Shown: positions 51,307 to 62,679 of the stretch, in pieces
Numbering within the stretch: the stretch's first letter is position 1
Layout: every line of letters begins with the position of its first letter
Assembly: GCA_044892525.1 (NCBI GenBank)
Contig: CM097885.1
Location: 237,586,001 to 237,650,000, forward strand
From: Schmidtea polychroa
Lineage: Eukaryota
DNA length: 64,000 bases
Reading direction: 5' to 3'
Translations under genes and position numbers: made by a program
The notes under the pieces: model-generated
What the model was told of the DNA's origin: nothing
Database searches by the model: none
The model's input: only the letters and a program-made list of their open reading frames with translations

Positions 51307-51530
51307 CTAAAAGGGAACAAGATTAAATACCGTGGCTCACTCTCATGTACCTAATTCTTAGGGTTATTAAATGGGTGAAGGAAAAAGTCATCTCAATCAC
51401 AAAGATAGGTCATAATCTGTAAAGTCCACTTAATATCAACGAACAAAATAATTTATTACACGCTACGAACAAAAATATCACTACGTCAAGTCGGTCAAGT
51501 AATTCCGTCCCCATCACAATTTCTGATAAT

Positions 51531-51899
51531 TTAGGGCGGGTTCTTGCGGGGTCTTCCTCGTTTTCGTGGAGACGCCTCTGCTTCCTCTAACTCCTCTAGA
51601 GTTACGCCCTCTTTTTCAGCTCTGATCTGGAGCTCTATCTTCCTCAGCCGCATCTGGGCCGCCTCCAGTTCGATTAATGCCCGATCGCGGGCCTCCCGCA
51701 ATAAGTCATTGGTGGCCTCCTTCTTCACCCACGCCGGGGCATCGGGCTCTGGGCCATTCCGGATGACCCGATTGGTGCAGTCCAGGTCCCGTCCCTGGCT
51801 CCACCTGTGAATATGGTACCAAATGTACCGAGTGCGGAGACGGGTAATCGTCAATCGCTCGTCCTCTTCGATGTTGTTGATATCATTTGGTGGTGCCAT
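51531..51899 (-). CDS. ORF-A AT-hook protein (L4), 122 aa
   Basis: Acceptor tttccag 2 nt before the ATG; PRKRGRPRK. Confidence 0.85.
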   Translation of the reverse strand: MAPPNDINNIEEDERLTITRLRTRYIWYHIHRWSQGRDLDCTNRVIRNGPEPDAPAWVKKEATNDLLREARDRALIELEAAQMRLRKIELQIRAEKEGVTLEELEEAEASPRKRGRPRKNPP

Positions 51900-52254
51900 G
51901 CCTGGAAAGTAACCGTTAAAACCCGTTTAACCAAAGTAACTTACAAATGGTCGTCATGATAAAATATATCGAAATAAATAACATATAAATGATCAATGTT
52001 TACTACAATTGTTATAACTACTTTTATCAAAAAAAATTTGTCTATATATTTTATCAATGTGATTTTTAACTACTTAGATTTAAACAGGATCTTATCCAAA
52101 TTAAGCATTAATAATTATCATCAATACTCTGGTTTGTGGCTTTTTAGTAGGTAGTTAGGAGCCCGCTGCAACAATTGGGGGGGTACCCCCCCCCCCCTGT
52201 TCCACGATTTTTTTTGTTGCACGATTTTTTTTTGTTGCAACTTTTTATTACGCA

Positions 52255-53250
52255 ATTGTTCCACACTATAGTGAGGGGGTCTCGATGGTCCTGGGATTTT
52301 CAATACAAAAAATTTTTTTCAATACAAAAAGGCGGTCTCACTAAAAAAGCCAAGGATTATTCACACTATAGTGAGGGGGTCTCGATGGTCCTGGGATTTT
52401 CAATACAAAAAAATTTTTTTCAATACAAAAATCCGACTACCACTAAAAAGCATGGTAATTTAAGGTCTCAGGATATTTTCAATACAAAAATCCGACTACC
52501 ACTAAAAAAGCCAAGGATTTTTCAGACTATAGTGAGGTGAGTCTCCTTGGTCCTGAGAAATAGGTGGTCTACACTAAAAAAGCATGGTAATTTAAGGTCT
52601 CAGGATATTTTCAATACAAAAAGCTGGTCTACACTAAAAAGCATGGTAATTTAAGGTCTCAGGATATTTTCAATACAAAAATCCAACTACCACTAAAAAG
52701 CATGGATTTTTCTAGGTCAAATCAGGTGGGTCTCCTTGGTCCTGAGAATTTCAATACAAAAAGGTGGTCTACACTAAAAAACGTGGTAAATTTTTCAAAT
52801 ACAGTAAATTATGGGTCTAAAAATTGAATTACAGTAAATTATGGTCAAAATTTTTGAATTACAGTAAATTATGGCTCAAATTTTTGAATTACAGTAAATA
52901 ATGGTTCTTAAAAATTAAATTACAGTAAATTATGGCTCAAATTTTTAAATTAAAGTAAATTATGGTCAACATTTTTCAAATAAGGTAATTATGGTCCTAA
53001 AAATTAAATTAAAGTAAATAATGGTTCTAAAAAATTAAATTACAGTAAATTATGGGTCTAAAAATTAAATTACAGTAAATAATGGTTCTAAAAATTAAAT
53101 TAAAGTAAATTATGGTTCTAAAATATTAAATTACAGTAAATTATGGTCCAGATTTTTCAATTAAAGTAAATAATGGTCCAAATTTTTAAATTAAGTAATC
53201 AATGGTAAAAAATTTTAAATAAGTAAATTAAAGTAAATTAAAGTAAGATT
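52255..53250. repeat. Two tandem arrays in L4: 60-110 bp units (52255-52790) and about 30-bp units (52795-53250)
   Basis: Repeated ttttcaatacaaaa..cactaaaaa and ttacagtaaattatgg. Confidence 0.9.
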
Positions 53251-53429
53251 TTAAAATTTAATTACAAAATAATAGAAGGTGTTTGAGAATTGAAATTTTT
53301 TAATAGAAATTTTAATGAATTATTTTTCAATGGTAATTTTTAATGGAAATTTTTATGGAATAATTTTTTAAGTAATTTTTAATGGAAATTTTTATGAAAT
53401 ATTTTTCAATGATAATTTTAGATGGAAAT

Positions 53430-55120
53430 TTAGTACCAACAACCAGTAACTTACGAACATGTATTAACAACCAGATACCTACAACTAGTTACTAACAACT
53501 ATTTACATGATACTAAGTAAATACAACCACCTAACAAGTACTAACAACCAAAAACAAGCAACCAACCAGGTACCAGTTACCCATTAACTAGCTACAACCA
53601 GCACTCAACTAGCTACCAACTACTAAGTACCTACAACCAACTAGTTACCTGATACCAAGTACTTACAACTAAATACTAACAACCAGTTACCTGATACCAA
53701 ATACTTACAACTAGATACCAAGTACTATCAACCAAAAACAACCAACCAACTAGGTACTAAGCATTATCAACCAACTAAATACTAATTACTAACAACCAAC
53801 CAACTAGGTACTAGATACCAAGTACTAACAACCAACAACAACCAGGTACTAAGCATTATCAACCAACTAAATACTAATTACTAACAACCAACCAACTAGG
53901 TACTAGATACCAAGTACTAACAACCAACAACAACCAGGTACTAAGCATTATCAACCAACTAAATACTAATTACTAACAACCAACCAACTAGGTACTAGAT
54001 ACCAAGTACTAACAACCAACAACAACCAGGTACTAAGCATTATCAACCAACTAAATACTAAGTACTAACAACCCACAACAATTAGCTAACAACTAACTAC
54101 CACCTACCAAGTACTCACAACCGACAACAACCAAGTACTAAGCATTATTAACCAACTACTAAGTACCTACAACCAACTAGCTACCACCTACCAAGTACCT
54201 ACAACTAGATACTAACAACCAGTTACCAAGTACCTACAACCACCTACCCATTAACTAGCTACCAATTACTAAGTACCAACAACCAACTAGCTACCAGATA
54301 CCTACAACTAGATACTAACAACTAGATACCAAGTACCTACAACCACCTACCCATTAACTAGCTACCAAGTACTAACAACTAGGTCTCAAACAACTAAATA
54401 CTAACAACCAGTTACCAACTACTAAGGATTAATTACCTACAACTAGTTACTAACAACTAGATACCAAGTACTTACAACCAACATCAACCAGGTACTAAGC
54501 ATCATCAACAAACTACTAAGTACCTACAACCTACAACTAGATACTAACAACCAGTTACCTGCTACCAAGTACTTACAACTAGTTACTAACAACCAACCAA
54601 CTAGGTACTAGATACCAAGTACTTACAACCAACATCAACCAGGTACTAAGCATCATCAACTAACTACTAAGTACCTACAACCTACAACTAGATACTAACA
54701 ACCAGTTACCTGATACCAAATACTTACAACTAGATACCAAGTACTATCAACCAAAAACAACCAACCAACTAGGTACTAGATACCAAGTACTAACAACCAA
54801 CAATAACCAGGTACTAAGCATTATCAACCAACTAAATACTAAGTACTAACAACCAACCAACTAGGTACTAGATACCAAGTACTCACAACCGACAACAACC
54901 AAGTACTAAGCATTATTAACCAACTACTAAGTACCTACAACCAACTAACAACCACCTACCAAGTACTAACAACCAGTTACCAACTACTAACCATTAATTA
55001 CATACAACTAGTTACTAACAACTAGATACCAAGTACATATAACCAACATCAACCAGGTACTAAGCATTATCAACCAAGTACAACCAAGTACAACTAGACA
55101 CCAAACACTTACAACCAGAT
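53430..55120. repeat. A/C-rich complex satellite in L4, including near-perfect 92-bp units
   Basis: ggtactaagcattatc anchors at 53753, 53845, 53937 and 54029. Confidence 0.92.
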
Positions 55121-55428
55121 GACCACATGAAATTATTGGTTAAATATGAAAATAAGGATTATATTTAGTTGTTAAGTAAATTATGGTGTAAAATTAAGAA
55201 ATAAAGAATAATTAGGTAAATTAAAGTTAAAAATTTTAAATAAGTAAATTAAGGTTCAAAATTTAAAATTAAAGAAAACAATGGTTCAAATTTTAAATTA
55301 AAGCTAAATAAGTAAATTAAAGTAAGATTTTTAAATTTATTATCAAAAGATTGAATAACCACCAACTTTTTTGAGAAATGTAATTTATAATGTAAATTTA
55401 AATGGAAATTTAAATGGAAATTTAAATG

Positions 55429-55429
<1 letters not shown>

Positions 55430-55524
<95 letters not shown>
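55430..55524. repeat. (AAT)n microsatellite
   Basis: Read directly. Confidence 0.95.
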
Positions 55525-55525
<1 letters not shown>

Positions 55526-55702
55526 TCAACAGTTACCAACAATCGGTTACTGATTATTTTTTAACTAGGTGCTACCAAGTACTTACAACTAGGTTTCAAA
55601 CAACAACTACTAACAACCACCATCAAAACCCATCGAGAAATTAACAAATATCAACCTACAACTATATAACAACAATCAGTAAACAACACTGTACCAACTA
55701 CC

Positions 55703-55923
55703 TGGTGGGTTACTGGTGGTTGAATGATTGAGTGCTGTTACCAGCGTAACCCAAAATACAACATTGTTTTTCCGCTTGGTACCCGTTGAGTGATCAACGT
55801 TGGTACTGTACCAAGGGTTGAGTACTCGCAAAAAGTGAGCGCATCAAAGCACTATAGTTGTCGAGTACTCCGTGGGTTCACGGACTACCGATAGAAGGTG
55901 TGTGTCCGATTTCTCAGGTCCCT
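55703..55923 (+). ncRNA. LTR-terminal structured RNA, copy L5
   Basis: gggttac/gtaaccc; cttggtac/gtaccaag with GTGA tetraloop and TTGGTACT bulge (55800-55807); gagtactcg/cgagtactc; ggac..acc-GATAGAA-ggt..gtcc. Confidence 0.72.
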
Positions 55924-56100
55924 TTATCAAAATTGTTTTCCCAACCTTATGCACAAACTCTCATTTCCCAGGCAATCATAAACTGTACTAGTCATTATTT
56001 TATCACTACAAAACGTGCAGTATTTTAACAAGGAACATATTATTTGAAGACTACCACAATACATAAAAATACTACAAAACACCTAAAACCGAATATAAGT

Positions 56101-56570
56101 TCAAACAGGCTTATTGGTAGGACTGGCCAATTTCGTCGCAGCTGCTAGTGACAAATTTGCTTGTCGCTCGTATTCGGCCAGTCTAGCTTTCTTCAATTTT
56201 TCCCGAATATTTCGGCCTAACCGCTTTCTTTTGGGTTTCTCTTTCGCGGCCGGGGGGTATATTGCTGCTAGTTCCACGGTCAACGGCCGGATTTGGCTTA
56301 TGGCGGCTCCGTGAACTACTTGTTCATTGCGTTCGGTTTTTAACGCGCGGAGCTGGAGTTTCAGTGCCCGGATCTCCATCTGATCCTGCGCAGCTTGCGT
56401 CTGCAGTTGAAGGACCTGCGCCACCTTCTTTTTCATATCCTCGGGACTAAACCAGGTGCTTTCTAGTTCCCGGCACCGTCCCTTGAGCTTGTCTACTCGT
56501 ATGCGGAGCTCCTCGGACTGTTTTTGAGCTTCTGCCCTATCTCTTCGCAGATTTTCCAATAGTTTGAACA
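56101..56570 (-). CDS. ORF-B exon (L5), intact
   Basis: Acceptor tctag; strongly similar to L2 ORF-B along its whole length. Confidence 0.85.
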
Positions 56571-56780
56571 CTAGATAAATTCAACGATTATATTCTTGCA
56601 GCATACTATTCATTCAATTATAAAATAAAATCAATATTATAAGTAAACATAGTTTCGGATGTTAAGCACGCAATACACAAGATGATTTATTAAAAGGACT
56701 GAAATAATTATCACTAAAATCAAAGTTTAATAAAGTCACAACTGAATGATAATTTGCAAAAACAAAATTTTGACGATGAG

Positions 56781-57146
56781 TCAGTTCAGTCGCTTGCGAG
56801 GCCTTCCCCTCTTCTGCGGGGTTGCCTCGGCCTCTTCTAGGTCCTCCACGGTTTTTCCCTCTTTTTCTGCTTGGATTTGTAGCTCGATCTTCTTGAGTCG
56901 CATCTGAGCTGCTTCTACCTCGATGGCCGCTCGGTCGCGGGCCTCTTGCAAAAAATCGTTTGTGGGCTCTGTTTTTACCCACGCCGGAGCGTCCGGCTCC
57001 GGCCCACTCCTGATTACTGGGCCAAAGTTGTCGAGGTCCAAACCCCGATTCCAATCATGGATACGGTGCCATATGTACCGTGTACGGAGTCTGGTAAGCA
57101 TCTGTCGGTCGGCTTCTTCGTGGCTATCGCTGTCAGAGTAGGACAT
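56781..57146 (-). CDS. ORF-A AT-hook protein (L5), 121 aa
   Basis: Acceptor ttttgtag 2 nt before the ATG; PQKRGRPRK. Confidence 0.85.
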   Translation of the reverse strand: MSYSDSDSHEEADRQMLTRLRTRYIWHRIHDWNRGLDLDNFGPVIRSGPEPDAPAWVKTEPTNDFLQEARDRAAIEVEAAQMRLKKIELQIQAEKEGKTVEDLEEAEATPQKRGRPRKRLN

Positions 57147-60073
57147 TTCTACAAAATAATAATCAAGCCCCTCTATACTGATTGAGATACGACGTCAACC
57201 ACAAGATTTTGTTGACCCTTTTTCCCTTTAAAAAAAAAATATTTTATTTTAAGACTAACATCTATAAGCTTAGGAGCAGTGGAATAAGATTTCCTACTTT
57301 ATCAAAACAAACACAAAAAAAAAGGAATTTCGTCAAAATTCGTTTGTTTAAATTAATCATTTCCATTCAAAATTTTGTTTACCACTGAGTGGTAATTTTA
57401 ATTACTATTTATAAATTTTAATTTATATGTTAATAAAATGTGAATTTTTTTTAGATCGTCATTTTTAGGCCACTAAATTCGGGCACGCTGGGGCGACAGG
57501 TACTAGCAACGAACTAAGCTCTTCGTCTGCTTACCTTTCCTTCGGTTGTGCTCGTTATGAGTGGTTTGCTCTACATGCAAGTAATTTATTTGATTTTTCT
57601 ACTTCCTTATTTTTTAGGCGATAACATTAGGAACCTCGATCGAGTAAGGGGAATATATTAGCTTGGAGTAGTCTTCCCATAGTTCTTCCCAGGGAATGAC
57701 ATTTCATGCCCAATATTTGGTTTGGACCCGCAATTTGTCCCTCGCAGAAAATTGGAAATTTTTCGGGAATATTTGTATTCTGTATGTAGGTAAATCTCTG
57801 CGAATTATGGCTTATTTATTCAATTGCATGGTTCGCCGGAGTCATCCTCACCATCTCCTGGAAACTCTTGATTGTCATAGCCCCGTCTTGAATTTTTCCT
57901 TAAGGTTTCTCTGGGGGGGGGGGTGTTGCTAAATATAGATTTTCAGTTAGGAACGTTTTTATTGGGCAAAAGAATTGACTCCAAATCTAGATATGGGGAA
58001 AAAATCAATAATTGATTTTTTGCTTTCCTAGTAAGTAATACTAATTATGATCATAACCGTAAAAATGGTGATAACGAGGATAACAAATGATCGTAGTGGT
58101 AATAATAATAATAGTAATAGTCATAATAACAATAATGATAATAATAATAATGAGAACAATAAGGATAGCAATAAGAACAATAATAGCAATAATAATAGTA
58201 ATAATGATAATGGCAACAATAATAATAATAGTGATAATATAACTTTATATTTTACCATTCGTATTTTGGCTTTCACAATTTAGGGATTCATATTTTATGA
58301 GTTCGAAGGTTACATTTTGCACTTTACAGGTTTTCGTCTACGATTTTCAATTTTTTATCTTACAGTTTATAAATTCATACTTTAGAAGTTCTCATCATAC
58401 ACTTTATAATTTATAAATTGTTTATTTAACATTTTACCATTTTATATTTTTTACTTCCTAATTTTCTATTTTCAGATTTATAGTTTCATGGTCTACCATT
58501 TAGAAATTTGGATTCTTGATTTATGATTATATGGTTTAAATTTTTTGTTCAATATTTTACGACGTTATGTTTTCGACTTAATGGTTATGATTTATACAAT
58601 TATAGTCTACTATTTAGAAATTTAGATTTTTACTTTATGATTATATAGTTTTTGCTGACAATTTATATTCAACATTTTACGATCTTACATTTCAGACTTC
58701 ATCGTTATGATTTGCCCTTTTATGATCTACAGTTTAGATTTTTGATCCATAGTTGTATAGTTTATAACTTATAATACTATATTCGGTATTTTAGACTTTA
58801 TGATTATACTTTACACTTTTAAAGTCTACAATTTAGAAATTTAGGTTTTTAATTTATAGTTGGTAGTTTTATATTCAGTAATTTACAGTTTTAGGTCTAT
58901 AATTTATCAATATAATTATCTCCAAGCTATTATAGTTATTTATAAAAGTTATAATCAATTATTTATACCTTTAGGAATATGTTACAGTGAGAATTTAGAT
59001 TCGGGATTCTTTTAAATTTATAACTTTTTCCCTTACGTTGGATTCATTAAGTCGGTGATTTATTCACAGGTCTATCCAAATTTAAGCTCTACTTAGACAT
59101 AGGCCGAAGAATTTTACCATTTCTATTATTCCAATTACCATGGGCTCCTATTACCAAACCTAATTCGGCATATGTCCAAGTGTACCAAAATATTATTATT
59201 GATCAACCAACTACATTAATGTGCTTGCAGAATGGTGTAAGTTTAGGTATGAGCTCTACTCAATTTAGGACCTTAGTGTGGAGTCGTTGTTTATGATTTT
59301 GAATGTGGATTTTTCATGTGTATTAAACGAAAGTCGGGAAGAATATTGCTTCCATGGCCCCACTGTGACCACTTCTACAAACCTTAGTGTTGTGTGCTGA
59401 GTCAACCATTTACGGTTGACCTTGAATAAATACAAAGAGTCAGGCGGAGGGTTTCCTCGACCTAACTCCATGGCAGGACCATGAAGTAGTTCGACCTCCG
59501 GCTGACCCGAACAAAAAGAAATCATATAATAAATATCACTATAATAATGATAATGCGTGTCTGCATGTCCTGTTAATAACGATTTTAATAAATTGGATGC
59601 AGGACTGAACAACGACGCAGGAATACCAGTACGCCGTTGATCACTCATACATCGCAAAAAATTTTAAGCAAAAATAAATTTAAAATACCATCTATATAAT
59701 TAAACAATTAATATACAAATAAAGATCAATGCTTACTATCGATTTTGGAAATTTCGTCACAAAAATTTGGCATAAAAAGTGATTGATTGTGACTGAAACG
59801 TGTCAGTATATATACCTATTTAGTACACGTGTATGTATTGATGCATTAAAACAAACTCGAATTCTTTTTATTCCAGAATTTTCTATTTTACGATTTTGCT
59901 ATTTTTAATGGCAATTTTTGTGCCATAATTTTTGTTTTTATTTTTATATTTTTATTTTTTAATTATTTTTCATTAATTTTACGTCCATGATGGATTTGGA
60001 ACGGTTCCAGAACATTCTATTTTACTTTTAATTTAATTTTTATTTTAACTGATGTTTTTATGAATTCTTTTTG

Positions 60074-60108
<35 letters not shown>

Positions 60109-60844
60109 TTTTAATACTAATTTATTTATTTTCCTTAACTTTTGTTGTTCTAGATAACTTTTGTGATGGTCATCGCCATTTTTATAGAATGTTCTGGGTT
60201 TTTCTGGAATGTTTTACTGTTTTTATCGTCTTTTAAGTTATTCGAGTCTGTTTTTTGTAACTCTGTGTTTATTTGGTTATTTTTGAGTTAGATTTTTGCA
60301 TCACTTCTTGCTTTTGTATAATTTTGTTTAATTTCTTTGTTTATGTTTTTGTTGCTTTCTCCTTTAGTTAATATTGTTTATTTGATGTAATTTTAATATT
60401 TAGCTAAACGTCTTGCTTTTGCATGTTGTGTACCTGCACCTTTCAGTCACAATTCAAGTTTGGGTCTAGAAGTCAGTTCTAGCCCAACATAAAACACTCG
60501 GGGGCCCATAAAATTGCGACCCGCAATTTAAATCACAAGATGAAGAAAATTATTTTTCAGAATACTTGCACTATATTACAAGTGCCTACATGCAAATTGG
60601 GTCTACGAGCTACAGGGTCGTGACCTCAATACCCACATACATAAAAAGGCTACTATTATACTACATTCTACGGATGGGTTGAAAGATGAAGAAAAAGAAC
60701 GACCGAGGTCGGTCCACACAAAAATAAAATTATCATGCTCAAGAATCAATGTTATTAGTCACAATCAGTCTCAGTCTTTGAAATCATGATTGTTTGATAA
60801 TGTTTTATAATGCCATGAAATGTTTATACTGTCGTGATGTCACA

Positions 60845-61831
60845 TTAATAAAATTCGGTTGTTCGGGATCTCGTCTCGATGACGGCTCTGGTTTCAATGT
60901 TTGGGGAAGATTTGAAGTAGCTTGGTTGGTTCGTTGTTTGGACTAGCTGTTCTTCCATTGGGATACGAATGCTTCTTGATTGTTCCTTTAGTTTGAGGGT
61001 TTTGTTTCTTTCTTTACTGGAATTGGGTTTGAGTGCAATCAGGCTCAGTACGGTGATGTTTATCATTAGGCTCGCCGCTAATAGGATCAATATTGTGAGG
61101 GATTCAGACTCTCTCGGTTCTATTACTTTGGGTTTGTTCATAATTTCTTTTAATTGGGTTGTATCCGCCGTTTCTGATTTTTCGGGCTTATTGAATTTGT
61201 TTTCTTCTGAGGTGACAACTTTCTTTATTGCCTCAAGGGTTTTAATCATCTTCTCGGAGTTCGTTGGGTTTTTGTTTATGGTAGTTAGGATTTCCCTTGT
61301 CATTTCTTTCAAGGTTTTCGTTACCTCATTTTTAATGCTGGGTTCCTCTTTGATGATGGAAGTTATTTTTCCTTTCATTTCCTCCAAAGATTTTACTACT
61401 GTTTCGCAATTGCTTGAACGTCCATAGGCGGTTGCTGTTACCTGTTGTTTTATTTCCTCTAATATTATTACCATCATTCTCATTGCGGCTGGATCTGTTT
61501 GGGATTCTCTCTTTGATTTCTGACTTTGACATTGTTTGGCTAATGTTGCTATCTGGGTTCTGATAACTTTCATTTCTTGTTCTAACATTGTTTTTATTGT
61601 CTGAGCCATTTGCACTTCCGTCGAACTTTCAGTTGTTTGTGGACATTGCGAACATTGTAACTTGATTTGTTCGCATTCCTCATTGGGTTTTTCGCAGATC
61701 GATTTAAAGCTACTACATGTACTATCTTCTCTGCGATATGGGTATTCTTTCTGGCATCTGATCATTGATTCTTCTGCTTGCAGGATTTTTGGCATTGTCA
61801 TTATAATCATCATCACGATTAGGCTTCTCAT
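60845..61831 (-). CDS. Env-like type I membrane protein (328 aa), probably a retroelement accessory gene
   Basis: Hydrophobic N-terminal signal-like segment, 6-Cys cluster, long helical repeats, TM segment LTILILLAASLMINITVLSLIAL and basic cytoplasmic tail; ends about 355 bp before L5. Confidence 0.7.
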   Translation of the reverse strand: MRSLIVMMIIMTMPKILQAEESMIRCQKEYPYRREDSTCSSFKSICEKPNEECEQIKLQCSQCPQTTESSTEVQMAQTIKTMLEQEMKVIRTQIATLAKQCQSQKSKRESQTDPAAMRMMVIILEEIKQQVTATAYGRSSNCETVVKSLEEMKGKITSIIKEEPSIKNEVTKTLKEMTREILTTINKNPTNSEKMIKTLEAIKKVVTSEENKFNKPEKSETADTTQLKEIMNKPKVIEPRESESLTILILLAASLMINITVLSLIALKPNSSKERNKTLKLKEQSRSIRIPMEEQLVQTTNQPSYFKSSPNIETRAVIETRSRTTEFY

Positions 61832-61907
61832 CTTTACATATACATATATGTTAATAATAATTACTTGGCTTTATTTACAATTTATTTACACGGTTATTTT
61901 GTCTCAT

Positions 61908-62517
61908 TTATTGGGAGCCACCGACCTCATCCCTTAATTTTACGGGAGGTTCAGGTGCTCGTCTTTTGCTCAACTCGTTCATTCTTATTACTTCGAGTTG
62001 CGTTGCTATCAACTGTCTCTTTAATTCTGGTATTTCTTGTAATTGCTTCTCTTTACTTTTCCATTTTCTCTGCTTGATGGTTATTGCCGTCTGCAATGCT
62101 TGCATGCTTCGTCGTTTTTGATTTAAGATTCTCCGGTAATTTTCTTTCAACTTCCATTGTTTTTCTGTTTCCTCTCTTTGTTCCTTGATCTCTTCCTTGA
62201 GTTTTACATTTCTCTTCTCGACTTTTTTACTTTCTCGCACTCTTGTTTTTGCATAAGCATATTGTGCTTCTAACTGCTCGATATAGACTTGGTCGATATT
62301 CACAATCTTTTTCAACTTCCTTGTTTCTGATTTCCAATAATCTTCGATTACTGCCTGAGCTCTCAACTCTACTATCTCTTGTCTCAGGTTTTTATTTTCT
62401 GTCTCTTTTCGTTTCGATTCCTTTATTTCCCTCAAAATTTCTTGCTTGACAGTGTTTATTAATCGTCTTGATTGAACAATATGCTGCCTCAATCTCTTTC
62501 TTTTAAATAATTCATAT
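61908..62517 (-). CDS. Basic coiled-coil protein or exon (about 200 aa), probably a retroelement accessory gene
   Basis: K/E/R/Q-rich heptads; the frame is open back to a tttttgtag acceptor at about 62518. Confidence 0.65.
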
Positions 62518-62606
62518 CTACAAAAATATACATATCATATTTCCTTTTGTCTTCTTTTTATTCTGAATTTTTTGGTTTTGTAATTTTTATTTGGTTTTGG
62601 TTTTAT

Positions 62607-62647
<41 letters not shown>

Positions 62648-62679
62648 CATTCTTATTTACAGGCAACATCTCCCTTCGA

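Larger units (their letters stand above)
50491..55702 (-). mobile_element. Giant LTR L4 (about 5.2 kb), satellite-rich subfamily
   Basis: TGGTGGGTTAC terminus, structured RNA, ORF-B, ORF-A, G/C run and tandem arrays. The other end abuts L5 and its exact boundary is uncertain. Confidence 0.75.
55703..60489 (-). mobile_element. Giant LTR L5 (4787 bp)
   Basis: Minus strand reads TGTTGGGCTAGAAC...GTAACCCACCA, colinear with L2. No exact TSD (tacc/taaa); adjacent to accessory ORFs. Confidence 0.9.

Noticed and set aside
52255..55120. CRISPR-like repeat array
   Set aside because: Eukaryotic context, no unique spacers and no cas genes; these are ordinary tandem repeats.
55874..55910. GTTCACGGACTA...AAGGTGTGTGTCC resembles group I intron R and S elements
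   Set aside because: Only about 7 nt separate them, leaving no room for P3/P8. No P/Q elements are recognisable and the L1 copy does not keep the R-like sequence.
38639..60489. L2 and L5 as 5-kb terminal inverted repeats of one 22-kb element (Polinton or foldback-like)
   Set aside because: L2 has its own exact TSD inside a separate MITE, the arms are too diverged, and the interval holds unrelated TEs and a probable host gene.
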